A stretch of DNA of 57,393 bases, from IMG/VR virus record IMGVR_UViG_3300045970_000131, positions 1 through 57,393 of that record, one strand, 5' to 3'. The DNA is from a virus (Duplodnaviria; Caudoviricetes). Under the pieces are notes generated by a model. That model saw nothing but the letters and a program-made list of their open reading frames with translations. It had not been told where the DNA came from and made no database searches. How positions within the stretch are numbered: the stretch's first letter is position 1; every line of letters starts with the position of its first letter. This document shows, one piece after another, positions 9,001-15,139 of the stretch. Position numbers and translations under genes: made by a program.

Positions 9001-10600
9001 GAAAAGCAAGATCAGGATATTTAGCCTGCATTTCTGCAATAATCTCAGCATCCATATCATTATTTGATGCGGTGTCGCCAATTGGTGACGGATTAGTTTC
9101 GTTAAAGTTAGCAATCTCTTCATGCTTTTGTTCTGCCCTTGCCCGTGCCTCTTCATCATGCGGGGCCATGATCATATCAACTAAGTCTGAACGGCTTAAT
9201 TTAGGCTTTTTGGCTGTGCTTGGTGCTAAGCCTTCAGTATTCCATTTGTTGATCGCATCATCTTTTGCTTTATCTGCTGTCTCGTATGGGTCTGGTAGAT
9301 AGGTTTCATTTTTGAATTTTCTGGCCACATGGCTTGCGCCTGATACGGCACCAGCCATAATCACAGTAGCAATCAAGGTATCAAATGCAGCTTGTGGGCG
9401 CTCGCGTAGGTAGTCACCCCATGTTTTATCTGGATTAGCTATCGCGGTATCGACTGCATCTTGTGAGAGTGTTGCCACCTCTTCGCCTGCTACTTCTTTT
9501 TTGAAGAAGTCTTTTAACAGGTCGAGTGTTTTAACCTTGCCGAATTTTTCAACCACGGCACTCATTGGCATAAACTCGGTAAGCACCTCTAAGCTGCCCT
9601 CGCCTAATGCGCCAATAGCAGCCTCTACGCCTGTTGCACCGCGCTCGCGGTACTTGGCATAAGCTTGTGCCTCAGTTTGCACCCCTGCTGCAGCTAAGGC
9701 GGGAATAGCGCTGCCCGTAGCAACACCAGCGGCCAATGCAGGTGCATTTTGCATAAAGCTTGAAAGGCCGCTATACGCTGAGTTAAATAACGGGCTATCA
9801 AACTGAGGGGTTGAGCGCTCGATGTCGCCCTGAATTTGTTGGTATTTGCGCTTAGCATCTGCCTTCATATCATCGCTGCCGATAATATCAGCGAATTGGC
9901 TTCTAACGCCTTGACGTGCAGCGTCCATGCCTTGGCTAGTAGCCTGACCTAATCCTATTACTGCATTGCCAAATGTACCATCTGCAGCCTGATTGTCATT
10001 GCCTATGCTGTCTGGATTGCTATCCATTGCACTTGGCTCAAAGTTGCGTGCCATCGTAGACAAATCACTAAGGCCCAATGACGGTTTACCACGTACATTT
10101 TTAGGCCGTTTAAGCTGCTCACTGATCAAGGCTTTTGCAGCTGGATCATTGGTGCGTGACATTGCATCATTCAATGTCTGTGTTTCTGCATCTGAAATAG
10201 GCGTACTAATCTCGGTACCTAAAGCACCATGCGCAGCGGTTACATTGCTATAGTCTTTTAAACCGGCTTCATCAATGCGACTTTGCTCATCAGCGGTAGC
10301 TTGATGAACACCAGGCTTATAAGAAACTTGGCTTGCATCAGGTAAGCCAAACACTTTATCCAGATTAGATAGGCTATAAATGCCTAAGCCATCATCCTTG
10401 ATAGGTTCAGCTGCTTGAACAGGTTTATCAGCCTTGGCTTGATTACTGGCTTTGATTTCAGCAACTTTGTCCTGCTTAACTTTCTTTGATAATTCAGCAT
10501 GGCCATCGCTAAAAACACTTGCGCGGCCTGCACTACCTTTTACATTGGCATATGGATCAGCAATATACCCATTCTCATCTAACCCTTTTGCATCATCCAT
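1..10600 (-). CDS. Giant polyvalent DarB-like ejection protein, N-terminal 3,533 codons (open off the left edge; continues at the right end of the window)
   Basis: ATG at 10600 overlaps the upstream TAA (TAATG). Motifs checked in the same frame: ddrB-like ParB (LQNRDRS ~8710, IAGNGR), SF2/SNF2 helicase (GTGTGKT, DEAH 5953, LSATPF, QQEGRIYR), N6-adenine MTase (EPSAGHG, NPPF 4066), BECR nuclease (WG..GIQHI...WLLTGW ~2990), EIQSDW domain (1738), zincin HELYH (631). No stop seen; absent from the ORF track because it lacks a stop in the window. Confidence 0.93.
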   Translation of the reverse strand, partial: MDDAKGLDENGYIADPYANVKGSAGRASVFSDGHAELSKKVKQDKVAEIKASNQAKADKPVQAAEPIKDDGLGIYSLSNLDKVFGLPDASQVSYKPGVHQATADEQSRIDEAGLKDYSNVTAAHGALGTEISTPISDAETQTLNDAMSRTNDPAAKALISEQLKRPKNVRGKPSLGLSDLSTMARNFEPSAMDSNPDSIGNDNQAADGTFGNAVIGLGQATSQGMDAARQGVRSQFADIIGSDDMKADAKRKYQQIQGDIERSTPQFDSPLFNSAYSGLSSFMQNAPALAAGVATGSAIPALAAAGVQTEAQAYAKYRERGATGVEAAIGALGEGSLEVLTEFMPMSAVVEKFGKVKTLDLLKDFFKKEVAGEEVATLSQDAVDTAIANPDKTWGDYLRERPQAAFDTLIATVIMAGAVSGASHVARKFKNETYLPDPYETADKAKDDAINKWNTEGLAPSTAKKPKLSRSDLVDMIMAPHDEEARARAEQKHEEIANFNETNPSPIGDTASNNDMDAEIIAEMQAKYPDLAFPDVSTQEQPNVSSQNESAASQEPTGNGRPVINPAAGSTGAEFSGNQPTMGTSADDLRANDTSDTTVSTRSDNSLIDLLPPDEMSRAQDVVSQDGLILQNRDRSSPSSINQMQAIASNPDFLRAGISNDMQTGAPIVFGNDNALPSNIAVGDKDVTVDGKGNRYDTQYAVVDANDLITSHNVSGIPNDSYQSGAGGKMRVIAGNGRAAGIARGYEQQTAEQYKADLIQKANKVGIDPAAVESFKNPVLVRVMNEQHITNDIGDLSNISQTAQLSPVEQAKNDAQRLNIDSIEHDESGDLSVESIKRWIASLPDTEKTGLSSNGQISRQAIDRIHAAIFYKAYGSDELVRLYSEATDEEAKNVINALGVAAPLMIKLEGKDDMDIRGAAVEAAGIIINAKRSGKPIGEYLANVDALTSDEAVAIAEFFAANMRAKNKLAEAFKSWTDFVVKQSELADTNKLQGAMFGEVPVKSRKQLFEEIKNAKKSEQGQQQPNSSGNAENNASGQAAVERAADSGSAENSEQTENRESPRQEVAPTLDLVGQTNAEINSGIEATKKTAKQKIEQLKAERAAKIEAERKQRQELAAAGFELSPQAKTQEETQKAVEKQIDAQYAGQGDLLSDPAPEETEPPKNDEATKKAKSDLDDALGDLGEIFGRGFRSNITPEQEQKLIQVLTRLFDAAFRLGYHEFKAAAKFVLDTIRAKIGDDVADSVSIDHLQGSYIGMAGKYGDKASKKRDVVSVESLDELKDSKNVTNERSSTNLEPDSKNAAPANRLGKTSIQNESGSNGRVRESSIQESDQESGSPSSGELLGFETPTARERSNIEVYTGSPTVEVGTAGNSVDQRGGDSGITGAPIEPNAATAIDELAQGGLFPTISKIEQIKADKVKQEHSLENVRATLPILKAGQQEDVFKTEERFSQPEGYGMLFTNGTGTGKTFTGLGVIKRFANAGKENTLIVAPNDKIIEDWQNTGKLLGLKINRLDSTTDAGSGITITTYANMGSNKTLADRNWDLIVHDEAHYLAMDKNGTNTNALKTLRAITNHPQGMATRHEMLYRDDIAKLKLIQEQLEETIELGKSQSLTDKQAADNDALNDKLTDELDKAIALNRETNEKVRAQVKESQGAARTRTLFLSATPFAYEKTVDWANGYLFDYNEGQANDGSSGTAGRGYNSGSNLDRFMMQHFGYRMRYNKLTEPDAKVDRGLMQRQFNTWLKKNGVLSSRMLDVDADYDRKFVLIDSAIGTRIDQALQWFELQRKATEDKKRTAAIYAVQKLLSDKFDYLSRRYLLEAIKAKAVVAHVKEHMALGRKVVVFHDYKKGGGFNPFNMGYVTEGQTDSDADDVNQVIDEFKSDFSDLVNSPEFRSSSPITTFQTEFPNVLLFNGDVPSKVRRENVAKFNNDNTGAQVILVQSAAGKEGISLHDTTGKHQRVLFNLGQPTQPTTSIQQEGRIYRTGQVTDAIFRYLNTGTNWERWAFATTIAQRASAAENLAMGEQARALKDAFITGFEESGDYRAGMEGEGKGGKERDRAANEALTEFDRAKAFYYGTQKKTAKTKAQEGNDYFATPEPVGLKMVQFADIRAGEKSLEPSAGHGAIARWLPENSERTAIEPSMALRPRLAMVYGGNILGHDFEDLNIINKYDAIVMNPPFGSAGRTAVDHVAKAARHLNDGGRIVALIPVGATDQKFDKWFYEESERDVKPLVDDPTLGKLYKGDTIESRLSWAATGKLIRASNDMLLVKIEGTNGEVGVNPTSVTNVKATGKRKETYRPADGLYLAADIKLPSVTFERAGTAVNTRIVVIEKASAENAPQQVKRDYTGISDINDLFDRIEDLELKPRAKPLTDDQLPATAETKSESTRQKDIEARERDAKAAESGAIAKSGQNVTFEIKGDKLITNAPAEKVTTNKGKELEGVFITDPSISIANAREADRFAYYPKGKAAGIFVRLRNVERPGDEEVSFSRSPMKSVDANVTHGEKSMNQALITKADVKRAMYHNELGWIDFVWGDEFKGIQHIIKQRMAKDGMSVNDIYKLLTKDLIDTIASGKVIRQSQINNNQQIVVAKGDYEAILVKNKGNNGWLLTGWKLKQSDAIKAGNDTKKATQLRADSTDSKLGAEAVKELSTIASENVNPLFSRAPIFYSALTRAVDGVKLNKAPADAWKNLIKNLTQKGVKQDEIEWSGVSDWLDLQQGQVTKAQVLDYLNNNGVQVDETILGDALFNAETYSPKDFDSMPTDLQDLVMQVDDGEIDEDQFVEEAESLGYKVNLDMGGSVSTITKGENKYKPTKYKDYTVAGGNNYKELLLTLPERHEPVLTYQVIGYQPKDGFKTREEAQQYIDESLQATETMKQRAIELNDEILIKAFERFADDQNRFPLSINQYEAKESRDSNNDYTSGHFTQKNILAHVRFDERTDAEGNKVLFINEIQSDWGQAGKKTGFNTNPKAKARYDELRKKWLNNSLSELEGVEFDQLSEQGARRIGDIPTAPFVTKTDAWVSLAMKRMIRYAAENGFDKVALINGQQAADLYDLSKQVDKIKWTITNPARLNNGVNVYDLNPIANGVGMQAQDERFSNIPENKLEDIVGKDVAKKIIESSTNSRVGTIEADDLKVGGEGMRVFYDQIVPKVAKDVLKKLGGGKVELQDVDSGKLLEDADGNSSLIGLVQNTITITPEMRDQVMQGLPLFSRNDPFFSLGTGTKLQLTKSKSQFGAKVLNKALVKYFDSNWSDSFESVDVPDTLLEYKQEIKAAFGKELRYVSPTKPDFDIFAGVQLRNSPSAIYVNARAETNLTTIAGHELYHSLERTRPDLHEWFKEQAEQYIQNFGAYHENLNKKLKDGEKPYKTETALSELLADFTGDALSDTKFLQELANADGNKFKGLLNATIRFLNQAITKLQNLGSSRYISDVEALRNSLRKALVAFSNGEQISSDNGSDVAFNRNNDVNILVTAWQKLASNRRLFQLIKSDSKDMNQVFDDIAAGLVEIETESADKGAIEQWKVYPIDSG
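2616..2645 (+). promoter_or_regulatory. Putative sigma70 promoter antisense to the giant gene
   Basis: TTGACA (2616-2621), 18 nt, GATAAT (2640-2645), pointing toward the BECR nuclease coding region. Confidence 0.5.
2652..2745 (+). ncRNA. Candidate structured small RNA embedded downstream of the BECR nuclease domain
   Basis: Closing stem TCCG(2658)/CGGA(2737); stem CAACTTA(2666)/TAAGTTG(2692); inner hairpin AGAG-TCAG-CTCT; begins just after the promoter. Confidence 0.35.
6373..6747 (-). CDS. Overprinted (+1 frame) 124-aa protein nested in the giant gene linker before the helicase
   Basis: AAGGA SD 8 nt before ATG; amphipathic helical composition, whereas the host frame here is a disordered S/G/E linker. 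Confidence 0.7.
   Translation of the reverse strand: MSLTSVAAPIWNQIAKTQRLQTDWAKQAFKMNQDQMAEYENQAYKSLIKKVDHQVAESYLDLKPLLLENVAISKFTQDHPQWKSALLEIVSISEAVIVASQERPLNQTQQQQLTSLLKADYSQQ
7402..7560 (-). CDS. Overprinted (+1 frame) 52-aa protein nested after the ParB-like domain
   Basis: TGAGGA SD 8 nt before ATG; MQRNPNKGNNNPIVAGMLRTMLLDKQPLSEQQIQEAQKILSKQKTANHPDKK; spans the linker. Confidence 0.5.
   Translation of the reverse strand: MQRNPNKGNNNPIVAGMLRTMLLDKQPLSEQQIQEAQKILSKQKTANHPDKK
8779..8973 (-). CDS. Overprinted (+1 frame) 64-aa protein nested before the ParB-like domain
   Basis: AGGAG SD 7 nt before ATG at 8973; MSAVKMNQPLAKNLQEMVDLLLIP...ILLYQLDLTIH; stop just before the ParB domain begins. 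Confidence 0.6.
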   Translation of the reverse strand: MSAVKMNQPLAKNLQEMVDLLLIPQREAQELNFLATNQPWEPVPMIYEPMIQAILLYQLDLTIH

Positions 10601-12243
10601 TATTTATCGCCTTTATTTACAGGTTTTAAGCCTTTACCATCCCATTTCACGAATGTACCGTTAGGTAATTCATAAGTTTTATCTACCTGCCTCACTTGTG
10701 GTGGTGGCAATGGTGTCTCTTTGTATTTTGGTAAGCCCTTGGTATAGCGCTCAAGATACGGGTCAGTGCCATAAATGCGCACATGCTGCGGGTCTGGCTG
10801 CATGGATAATTTGTATTGCTCAGCTAGGCGCGGATCAAATTTAGGGTTATCGGTGGCAGCTCCATAGCTGTCATAGATTTTAGGTTTAACTTTTTCACGA
10901 ATTTCATCAGGGGTTCCAGCGCTGGCAATGAATCTACGTGCACTGGCCACAGATACTGACTCTTGCTGCTCATTGGGTGGTAACTCTTTTCCCAAGCCAT
11001 CACCGCCGCCGCCATCGCCTTTGATTTCACTCTTGAATTTTGCAAATCCTTTTGGATCGCGCTGCCATTGCTCATACTCAGTAGGCGCACGCCCTTCACG
11101 GCCTGATGCCTTCCATTTTTTGTAGCCTTCAGGGTCTTTCTGGTAAAACTCAATTTCACTCAAAGATTTTGGCGCAGCTGGGTTGTTGGCCAACTGCTTA
11201 CCATCACCATCAACTAATACTTCGCCTTGATTAAGTGTTCTAGGCTTGGCCTTCTCTTCTTTTATTTTCAAATTAGATTCATTAGTTTGCTCGGCCAGTT
11301 TTTGCAGTGAAGCCATTTCAGCTTTCCAGCGTGCAGCTGGGTCTTGATATGAGTAAACCAATTGCTTGATTTGGTCTGGTGTAAATTGGCGTTGTGTTGA
11401 ATTTCCGGTACCGTCATCTAGTTCAATTGCATAACTACCATCTGGATTTTGCTTGTAGCCTTTAACTGTGCCACCATCGCCTATTGCATCGTTATAAATG
11501 TTAATGAAGCCATCTAGCTTGCCAGATACATCAAATTGACGTTGGGCCGTGGCCAGTCCATCCTTAAACAATTGTCCGCGCACCTCGAAGCCTTGCTTTT
11601 GCATACTTAATGCAGTATTAAAATCACCAAGTTCTAATGCCTTATCGCGTGCAGCATCAATGCCTGCAATAGTTCGCTTGGCAAATAGCGCCTGCTTATT
11701 CACTGGCGGTGCTACTTGTGCACCTTGTTGGCCAGCTTGCTGTGCTGGCTGCTGCACAGACTGATTTACCTGATTCACGGATGAGTTAGGATCAAAGGCT
11801 AATGGCTGGCTTTGTTGTGCTGGCTGCTGTGTAGGCTGCTGCGCTGTTGGGTCTAAGCTTGCAAGGCCACCTTCAGCATATTTACGCACCATGCCGCCAT
11901 CTTTAAACACTTGCGCTTGCAATCTGTCTTTATTTTGAAAGTCAGCATTTTGTTCTGGCTGCGTATTTATATCGCCTGCATTCGCTGTCGGCTGGGTATT
12001 TTCATCTAATGTAGGCAATGAATTAATAGTTTGTAGTCCTGCCATGTCAAATGCATTTTGTGGCTTGGTAATACTTGCATTTTGGCTTGGCATGTTCTGA
12101 TCATCAAATGCCTTGATTGCATTTTTAGAAGCTTCAAGGATTTGATCCTCTTTACTCTTTTTCTCACGCTTGTCCTTAATTGCTGAACCAAATTCATAAC
12201 CTTTGGCTAGACCGCCTGCAAATCCGCCTAAATTAATTCCCAT
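10600..12243 (-). CDS. DNA ejection / internal virion protein 2
   Basis: N-terminal GGFAGGLAKG amphipathic segment, Q-rich, translationally coupled between ejection protein 1 and the giant gene. Confidence 0.7.
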   Translation of the reverse strand: MGINLGGFAGGLAKGYEFGSAIKDKREKKSKEDQILEASKNAIKAFDDQNMPSQNASITKPQNAFDMAGLQTINSLPTLDENTQPTANAGDINTQPEQNADFQNKDRLQAQVFKDGGMVRKYAEGGLASLDPTAQQPTQQPAQQSQPLAFDPNSSVNQVNQSVQQPAQQAGQQGAQVAPPVNKQALFAKRTIAGIDAARDKALELGDFNTALSMQKQGFEVRGQLFKDGLATAQRQFDVSGKLDGFINIYNDAIGDGGTVKGYKQNPDGSYAIELDDGTGNSTQRQFTPDQIKQLVYSYQDPAARWKAEMASLQKLAEQTNESNLKIKEEKAKPRTLNQGEVLVDGDGKQLANNPAAPKSLSEIEFYQKDPEGYKKWKASGREGRAPTEYEQWQRDPKGFAKFKSEIKGDGGGGDGLGKELPPNEQQESVSVASARRFIASAGTPDEIREKVKPKIYDSYGAATDNPKFDPRLAEQYKLSMQPDPQHVRIYGTDPYLERYTKGLPKYKETPLPPPQVRQVDKTYELPNGTFVKWDGKGLKPVNKGDK

Positions 12244-13708
12244 TTTTTCTTACTCCTTCAGTTCTGAATTTAAGGCCGCGCTTATTGATCGCATCTAAAG
12301 CATCTAATCCGATCATCTTTACAGCGCCTTCATTCAATACAAATTCGCCATCACTTAACCTTGCAGGGATTGAATCGCTTGTCGCAGTACCCGCACCCTT
12401 TACACCACCTGATCCACTGAATACTTCGCTAGTTTCATCATCAATGGTGTCTCCTTCTGCGGCCTCTTCATCCATTTCACTCAAGCCATATTTAGATGGA
12501 TCAACTGCACCACCATTCTTTAGCCCATAGAATTTTTGTTGCTGTACATGAAGTGCCTCACCGTATCGATCAGAGTCTTCTGGCGATTTGAATTTTCCCA
12601 AGTGCTTGCCTGTTTTTTTATAAGTAGCGACTGCTTCATCATCACTCATGATTCGGCCATCATCACTTACAGTAGGTAATAGCATTTCAATTCCATCAAT
12701 GTTCACGCCGATACTGCGAACAGTGCTAATTGATCCATCCTTATTTTTAACTAAAGGACGTTTTGCAAGATCAATATTGCCTTTTTCTAATGGCACTACT
12801 TCGCCAATCTTAGAAGCATCAACTTCGCCACCATCTGCATACATGCCGATAGCAACACCAGCTAAGCTACCGATACCGCCCCACATTGCAGAGTTTGCAT
12901 CTTGCTGTGCTTTATAGCCTGCAAGCTGATTTTGGTATTGATTATTGAGAATATTTGCTTGGCTAGTATTACCAGCCATTGCAGCGTTATAACCTGCACC
13001 CATGGTGGCAAGTCCAGCACGTCCATTGGCTAGGTCATTACTGCCAACGCCTACAGCATTTAAACCTGCACTATTCGCAACATTGGCACTTGCAACCTGA
13101 TTAGAAGGTAAGTTACGTCCAAGACTTGCCGCGTCCATTTCCATTGCATGGCCTGTTAGTTCTGCCTTAGTGCGCCCAGCATTAGCTGCACTAGCACTAG
13201 CAACGGCCTCACTCACATCATTTTGTTGATTCATTGCCGCTGCATTTCCGCTATTCGGGTTTACACCCATGCGTTCATTGTTGCGTGCTGTGATCGCCTT
13301 TTGCGTATCGAATGCCTGCCTTACATCTGAAACACCTTTTGCAGCCTCTTGCTCACGTCTTCCAGCGCTATCCCAGTTCTTAGCATCTTCAACAATGTTC
13401 TTTTCAAGTGGTTGGAATGTACCCTTCCAGTAGTCTTGATACTCTTTGGCGTATGCTGCATTCTGCGTAGAGCTATCTAGCAACTGCTGCTGAACCTTCA
13501 TTGCAAGATCATGCTGGGCCGCATTAGCAGGCTTTGCCGCCTCATATTCTGTCTTGTAGAAGTTAAATGCATCCTCGCCAAGCTTGGCATTTTTTAGTGC
13601 AGCTAGACCAATTGCAGGATCAGGCGTAGGTGCATCACCACCGCTATCAAAAAAGAAAGTGAATTGCTTGATCCACCATAGTGGTGAAAGTAAATTTATT
13701 TTATCCAT
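12233..13708 (-). CDS. DNA ejection / internal virion protein 1
   Basis: SGGDAPTPDP N-terminus, A/N/Q-rich helices, glycine-zipper segment, YADGG and GTATSDSIPARLSDGEFVL motifs; follows the GNAT gene as in podoviruses. Confidence 0.7.
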   Translation of the reverse strand: MDKINLLSPLWWIKQFTFFFDSGGDAPTPDPAIGLAALKNAKLGEDAFNFYKTEYEAAKPANAAQHDLAMKVQQQLLDSSTQNAAYAKEYQDYWKGTFQPLEKNIVEDAKNWDSAGRREQEAAKGVSDVRQAFDTQKAITARNNERMGVNPNSGNAAAMNQQNDVSEAVASASAANAGRTKAELTGHAMEMDAASLGRNLPSNQVASANVANSAGLNAVGVGSNDLANGRAGLATMGAGYNAAMAGNTSQANILNNQYQNQLAGYKAQQDANSAMWGGIGSLAGVAIGMYADGGEVDASKIGEVVPLEKGNIDLAKRPLVKNKDGSISTVRSIGVNIDGIEMLLPTVSDDGRIMSDDEAVATYKKTGKHLGKFKSPEDSDRYGEALHVQQQKFYGLKNGGAVDPSKYGLSEMDEEAAEGDTIDDETSEVFSGSGGVKGAGTATSDSIPARLSDGEFVLNEGAVKMIGLDALDAINKRGLKFRTEGVRKNGN

Positions 13709-14109
13709 TTGCAGTTACCTCTAAATAATCCGTACACATATGCATCCCCATCTTTAAACCAGTCTTTCAGCGGCCCATCACACTCACGTACAAAGCCGAA
13801 GCGCTCAACAAACTCTATTGACTTGGTATTACTTACATTGATAAAAGCAGTTACGCGCTTTAAATCTAATTGCACAAACACATAATTTATAAAGGCGCGT
13901 ATTAATGCCCTTGTCACTTGATACTTTGGATCAATGGCAAATGTAACTTCGATGTTGCTGCCAGAGTGCCTAGAAAAAACAATCACGGCCTGTATCTTTC
14001 CGTCTTCACTCAAATCCGTGATTGTCCTGACATTATCAGGATTAAAGTTAGCATTTAGTCTATGATTTACATAGTCTACAAAGCCTTGATGTTGTTGATG
14101 AATCACCAT
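13696..14109 (-). CDS. GNAT (RimJ/RimL-like) acetyltransferase in the virion module
   Basis: YVFVQLDLKRVTAFINVSNTKSIEFVERFGFVRE motif. Confidence 0.8.
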   Translation of the reverse strand: MVIHQQHQGFVDYVNHRLNANFNPDNVRTITDLSEDGKIQAVIVFSRHSGSNIEVTFAIDPKYQVTRALIRAFINYVFVQLDLKRVTAFINVSNTKSIEFVERFGFVRECDGPLKDWFKDGDAYVYGLFRGNCKWIK

Positions 14110-14130
14110 AGTTTTAACCTACAGAGTACA

Positions 14131-14156
14131 ATAAAAAAGACCGCATTTCGCGGCCT
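14131..14156 (-). terminator. Rho-independent terminator
   Basis: GGCCGCGAAATGCGGTC followed by TTTTTTAT on the minus strand. Confidence 0.6.
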
Positions 14157-14191
14157 ATTTTTTGTAATATTCTTACAGAAAAATTGTTGTT

Positions 14192-14527
14192 TCATGGCTT
14201 GACTGTAGCGTTTTCTCGACAATGGTTTTTACCCATAATTAGATCAATTGACCAAGCAACAGGTATTGCCCACTTCTTACCTAGCAACAGTGCATTGCCT
14301 ACCTCTTGCGATACCATCAGGCCAAGCGTTCCGCCCAGCGATGCATTGCCGCAGCTATCGAATGCATAAAATACAGCCATGGCCCGATCCTTTGAGCCAA
14401 GCAGTACCTGAATAAACATGGCCAGCATTAAAACTGGCGCAACAATCAAACATAATATCCAGATTTTAAATAAATAAACTCTCGTAAATATATGATAATT
14501 AAGCCAATTCTTAATGTAAATTACCAT
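14192..14527 (-). CDS. Hypothetical membrane protein
   Basis: Hydrophobic N-terminal helix; D...NA..GG...S and HC motifs typical of small phage genes near tail fibres. Confidence 0.6.
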   Translation of the reverse strand: MVIYIKNWLNYHIFTRVYLFKIWILCLIVAPVLMLAMFIQVLLGSKDRAMAVFYAFDSCGNASLGGTLGLMVSQEVGNALLLGKKWAIPVAWSIDLIMGKNHCRENATVKP

Positions 14528-15138
14528 GTTATTGCGTCCAATTCTGCTTGCGTAGTGGCTGCATCTACAGCTGCCTTTAACTCAAACGAGTGGTAATAAG
14601 CCAAGCGGGTTTGCTCGACCATTGTGTTAGCGATGGTTTTAAGATCATCTAGGGTGACTAGCACATCGATGTTATCAAACGTACGCCATACTGGTGGCGC
14701 ACTAGCAATGCCATTAATGGCCATCACTACTGAATTGCTGATCAATTGCTGGCTATTAGTGTCAGCTTGCCATTCATATTCAACACCACTAACAGTGGTA
14801 AATACATTGACATACCGTGCAACAAATCGCCAGCTATCAATCTCATCGGACTTTTTGTTTTTTGCATCGATCAAATTGAATGGAAGTATTGGTTTTTGCA
14901 TAGACTCGGCTAGCTCTTTTGAATAAGGCTCCCAAGTATCACCGATTAAACTGCTAAGTAGATTTTGAGTATCTTCTGCCCAAACAACATCTAGCCTATA
15001 AAGATACTTAACTGAATTTGCTTTGTTAGCAAAATCTAATTCTGTTGTCCAAGTGGATATTTCAACTACACAAAAATGATGATCCAAGTCTACAAACGTA
15101 TCAGTAATTTCACAAAACTTTTCATTAACAATAAACAT
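14521..15138 (-). CDS. Tail fibre assembly protein (DUF4376-like)
   Basis: C-terminal WRTFDN...LKAAVDAATTQAELDAITW; follows the fibre gene. Confidence 0.75.
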   Translation of the reverse strand: MFIVNEKFCEITDTFVDLDHHFCVVEISTWTTELDFANKANSVKYLYRLDVVWAEDTQNLLSSLIGDTWEPYSKELAESMQKPILPFNLIDAKNKKSDEIDSWRFVARYVNVFTTVSGVEYEWQADTNSQQLISNSVVMAINGIASAPPVWRTFDNIDVLVTLDDLKTIANTMVEQTRLAYYHSFELKAAVDAATTQAELDAITW

Positions 15139-15139
15139 A

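Noticed and set aside
108-10664. Many short plus-strand ORFs in the track
   Set aside because: Antisense shadows of the giant minus-strand gene; S/L/A-rich, mostly TTG/GTG starts, no SD
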